From the NCBI RefSeq assembly GCF_964204645.1, contig NC_134028.1, positions 8,618,001 through 8,682,000 of the forward strand: DNA of 64,000 nucleotides. Reading direction: 5' to 3'. Shown piece by piece: positions 61,834-64,000 of the stretch. The first letter of the stretch is position 1; each line of letters begins with the position of its first letter. Position numbers and translations under genes: made by a program. The notes beneath the pieces are model-generated. The model was given only the letters and a program-made list of their open reading frames with translations. It had not been told where the DNA came from and did no database searches. This DNA comes from Tubulanus polymorphus. Its lineage: Eukaryota; Animalia; Nemertea.

Positions 61834-64000
61834 ATCATGGACACTGCGATTCCGGTTAAGTTTTCTATCGGTGACCGTTCCCGCGCTGACACCGGTGAAT
61901 GACCCGTGGGCGATAATCGTGGCTATTCGTTCGAATTAAACGCGCAATTCGACGGTGTCTTACGCATTTCATATTCTAGCGTTATCTCGTATTTTTTCTC
62001 ACATAAATCGAAAGAAGAGCGCGCGCGCATTAGCGATCGAATAAAATTAACGTCGCCGTTCGAGCTTTTTAAAAATGTGTCACGTTCATAAATTATTTAT
62101 AGATATTTTCGGTATCATCCATTTAGATAAGAGTGCGGGCCATCTTCTTTATAAACGGATTGTCTGTCGAGTAGAAATTAGCGGCCGCGATTTTTCTGAA
62201 TTTTATTCCGAGTGCGCTTAATCGACTGAGACGAGTCAGCTAACTGTCACGGCGGCTACGACGCCGATGACACTTGAACAAGTAACCGGTTACTGAGTTA
62301 CGCGACGGGATGCGCCTAATGCAACGCGGCAGAAGAGATGTTCGTTAAATTTTATAAAGAACTTGTCAATATCTAATTTAATGCGTCGCGTTTACGATCA
62401 GGTTTTTTTTCGAGTAGCATTTCTTCGCCGGTTCAATAGATTTAAATTCGCGCGGCGTCTTTTCTTCCATTTTGTTTTGCGCGCGACACCGCTAAATGCT
62501 GTGTACGACGTAGTCGTTTGAATCGCGTTCGTAGCGTTTCCTTCCGGACGTTTTAAAAACGATCGCCCGAGCGAGCGCTCAGCCGAGGGGATGTTCACTT
62601 GAAATTCGTAATGAATAGAAATGAAATAGATGATAAGAGGTTGACATATGTCATATTGAGAACGGAGACGATTGCCCGCGGCGCGCGTTGTGTAAGTGAG
62701 TTTTGAGTACTACCCGTGTACGTGTAGTACTGTCATCTCTCGTCTTCTATTTCGAAACTCATGATGATTTATTCGTTTATTTCCCATCCCTCGACGATTC
62801 TAGATTCGTCTCCGCGAACGGCCGTTGCCTTTTTCGACCGGCAAAAAAATTTTGCGGAGTGTTTTCGCAATGCGTTAAGTGTATATGAGATTTATTCATT
62901 TATTTAGACATTTGTTATGTTAACGGATATTGTTCAGAAGCCTTTCGGAGCATCAGATTTTCAAAATCTTTCTGGCGGAGGGCCCCTTTAGTTCGAAACA
63001 AGTTGAAAATGAAGGCACCCACATATTCCCAGGGGCGGATCCAGCTTGTGAATTTGACTACCTACCGGTATATTACAATCCTAGGAATTATTGTTCATTA
63101 ATCTGCCAGCGCGAAGCTCTGTAAAGTTTAGAGTCCTCCCCGAGAGAAATTTGAAAAAAAGTGACTAATTTTCCTCGTATTCAAAGGCATTCTGGACCTG
63201 TTAGATTAGGTACGTCTAGAAAATATGTTTTTCAAATTTTTCTTACTATATACTGGAATACAGTGGAATATACTTGGATCTGGCCCTGGGTTACGCTATG
63301 GACCTGGGTTAGCGCCAGTGCTATTACGAACACTATGAAATATATATAAAGATACTTAATGTATTTCTGATATTATATGTTTCTGTAAAAGATAGGTAAA
63401 AAACAGCGGTAAAATTTGACTAATGCTGACTTAATTGTCACTGACACTGAGGCAGGGTGGAAACTGACCTAAAACACTCAGGGAATCAGAATAATCTCGG
63501 AAAACGCAGGGAATTTGACAAAATTTGAGAATGGCCGTCATGCGAACGTTTTGGTGTTGGCCAAATTTGGTTCGGGACAAAACTGTTCACACGGGTGTCT
63601 ACTGGACGCGTGCCTGTTTGCCCCGCATCAAATCGAAATCGCGTTGTTACAACGGTATTTATCGACCAGTTAAAACTGTGTAACCAACTTTTGAGCCAGC
63701 GACTGAATCGCTTCGAATGTAATCTTTGATGAAGTACTTGTTAAAACTGTAAAACTGAAAAAGTGCCTTACAACGACGATTGGTCCATTTCTTTTCTTTT
63801 GAATGACGTTTTCCCTCTTGATCCGCTCGAATCTAAAGTGTTTAACATTCATTTAGACGCGGAATCGAGTTTGCTACCGCCGTGAAGAGTCTGCTACGCC
63901 CGTTAATTAGGTCAATTGTTTATTGAGTTATGTTTCGATGTTAATGGATTTCTAATTGCTTATTTCCCTTCGTTAGAAACTGAAAACACTCGAGAATAAA

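Noticed and set aside
63977-63999. ag acceptor near the window end as next SGSM3 exon
   Set aside because: In the required phase it reads ETENTRE-stop, not the expected TBC continuation.

Overview
AT-rich, intron-containing animal genomic DNA, probably from a marine invertebrate such as a lophotrochozoan (an inference from gene style and repeats). Three spliced protein genes were reconstructed with consistent GT-AG phases: (1) the last four exons and 3' UTR of a non-muscle myosin II heavy chain (+, 122-5784); (2) a complete three-exon unc-4/Uncx paired-class homeobox gene (-, 40270-24625) with long flanks lacking recognisable genes; (3) the first eight coding exons of the TBC-domain RabGAP SGSM3 (+, 51129-59917), which continues beyond the window. 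There are five intact tRNA genes (2x Gly-GCC, 2x Val-AAC, 1x Lys-TTT), three of them antisense inside an unc-4 intron, plus one tRNA-Lys relic interrupted by a MITE. Non-coding DNA is dense in MITEs (hAT-like with 5-6 bp TSDs, Harbinger-like, Tc1-like), has two Penelope-like 3' remnants with minimal hammerhead cores, and has a (TA)~105 tract. Most notable observations: a family of 24-57 bp palindromic elements with 7-bp GTNNNAC-like target duplications, candidate frame-shifting microexons that would swap the myosin tailpiece, and tRNA-Val genes with a TAC-type body but an AAC anticodon. All calls come from manual reading without database searches.
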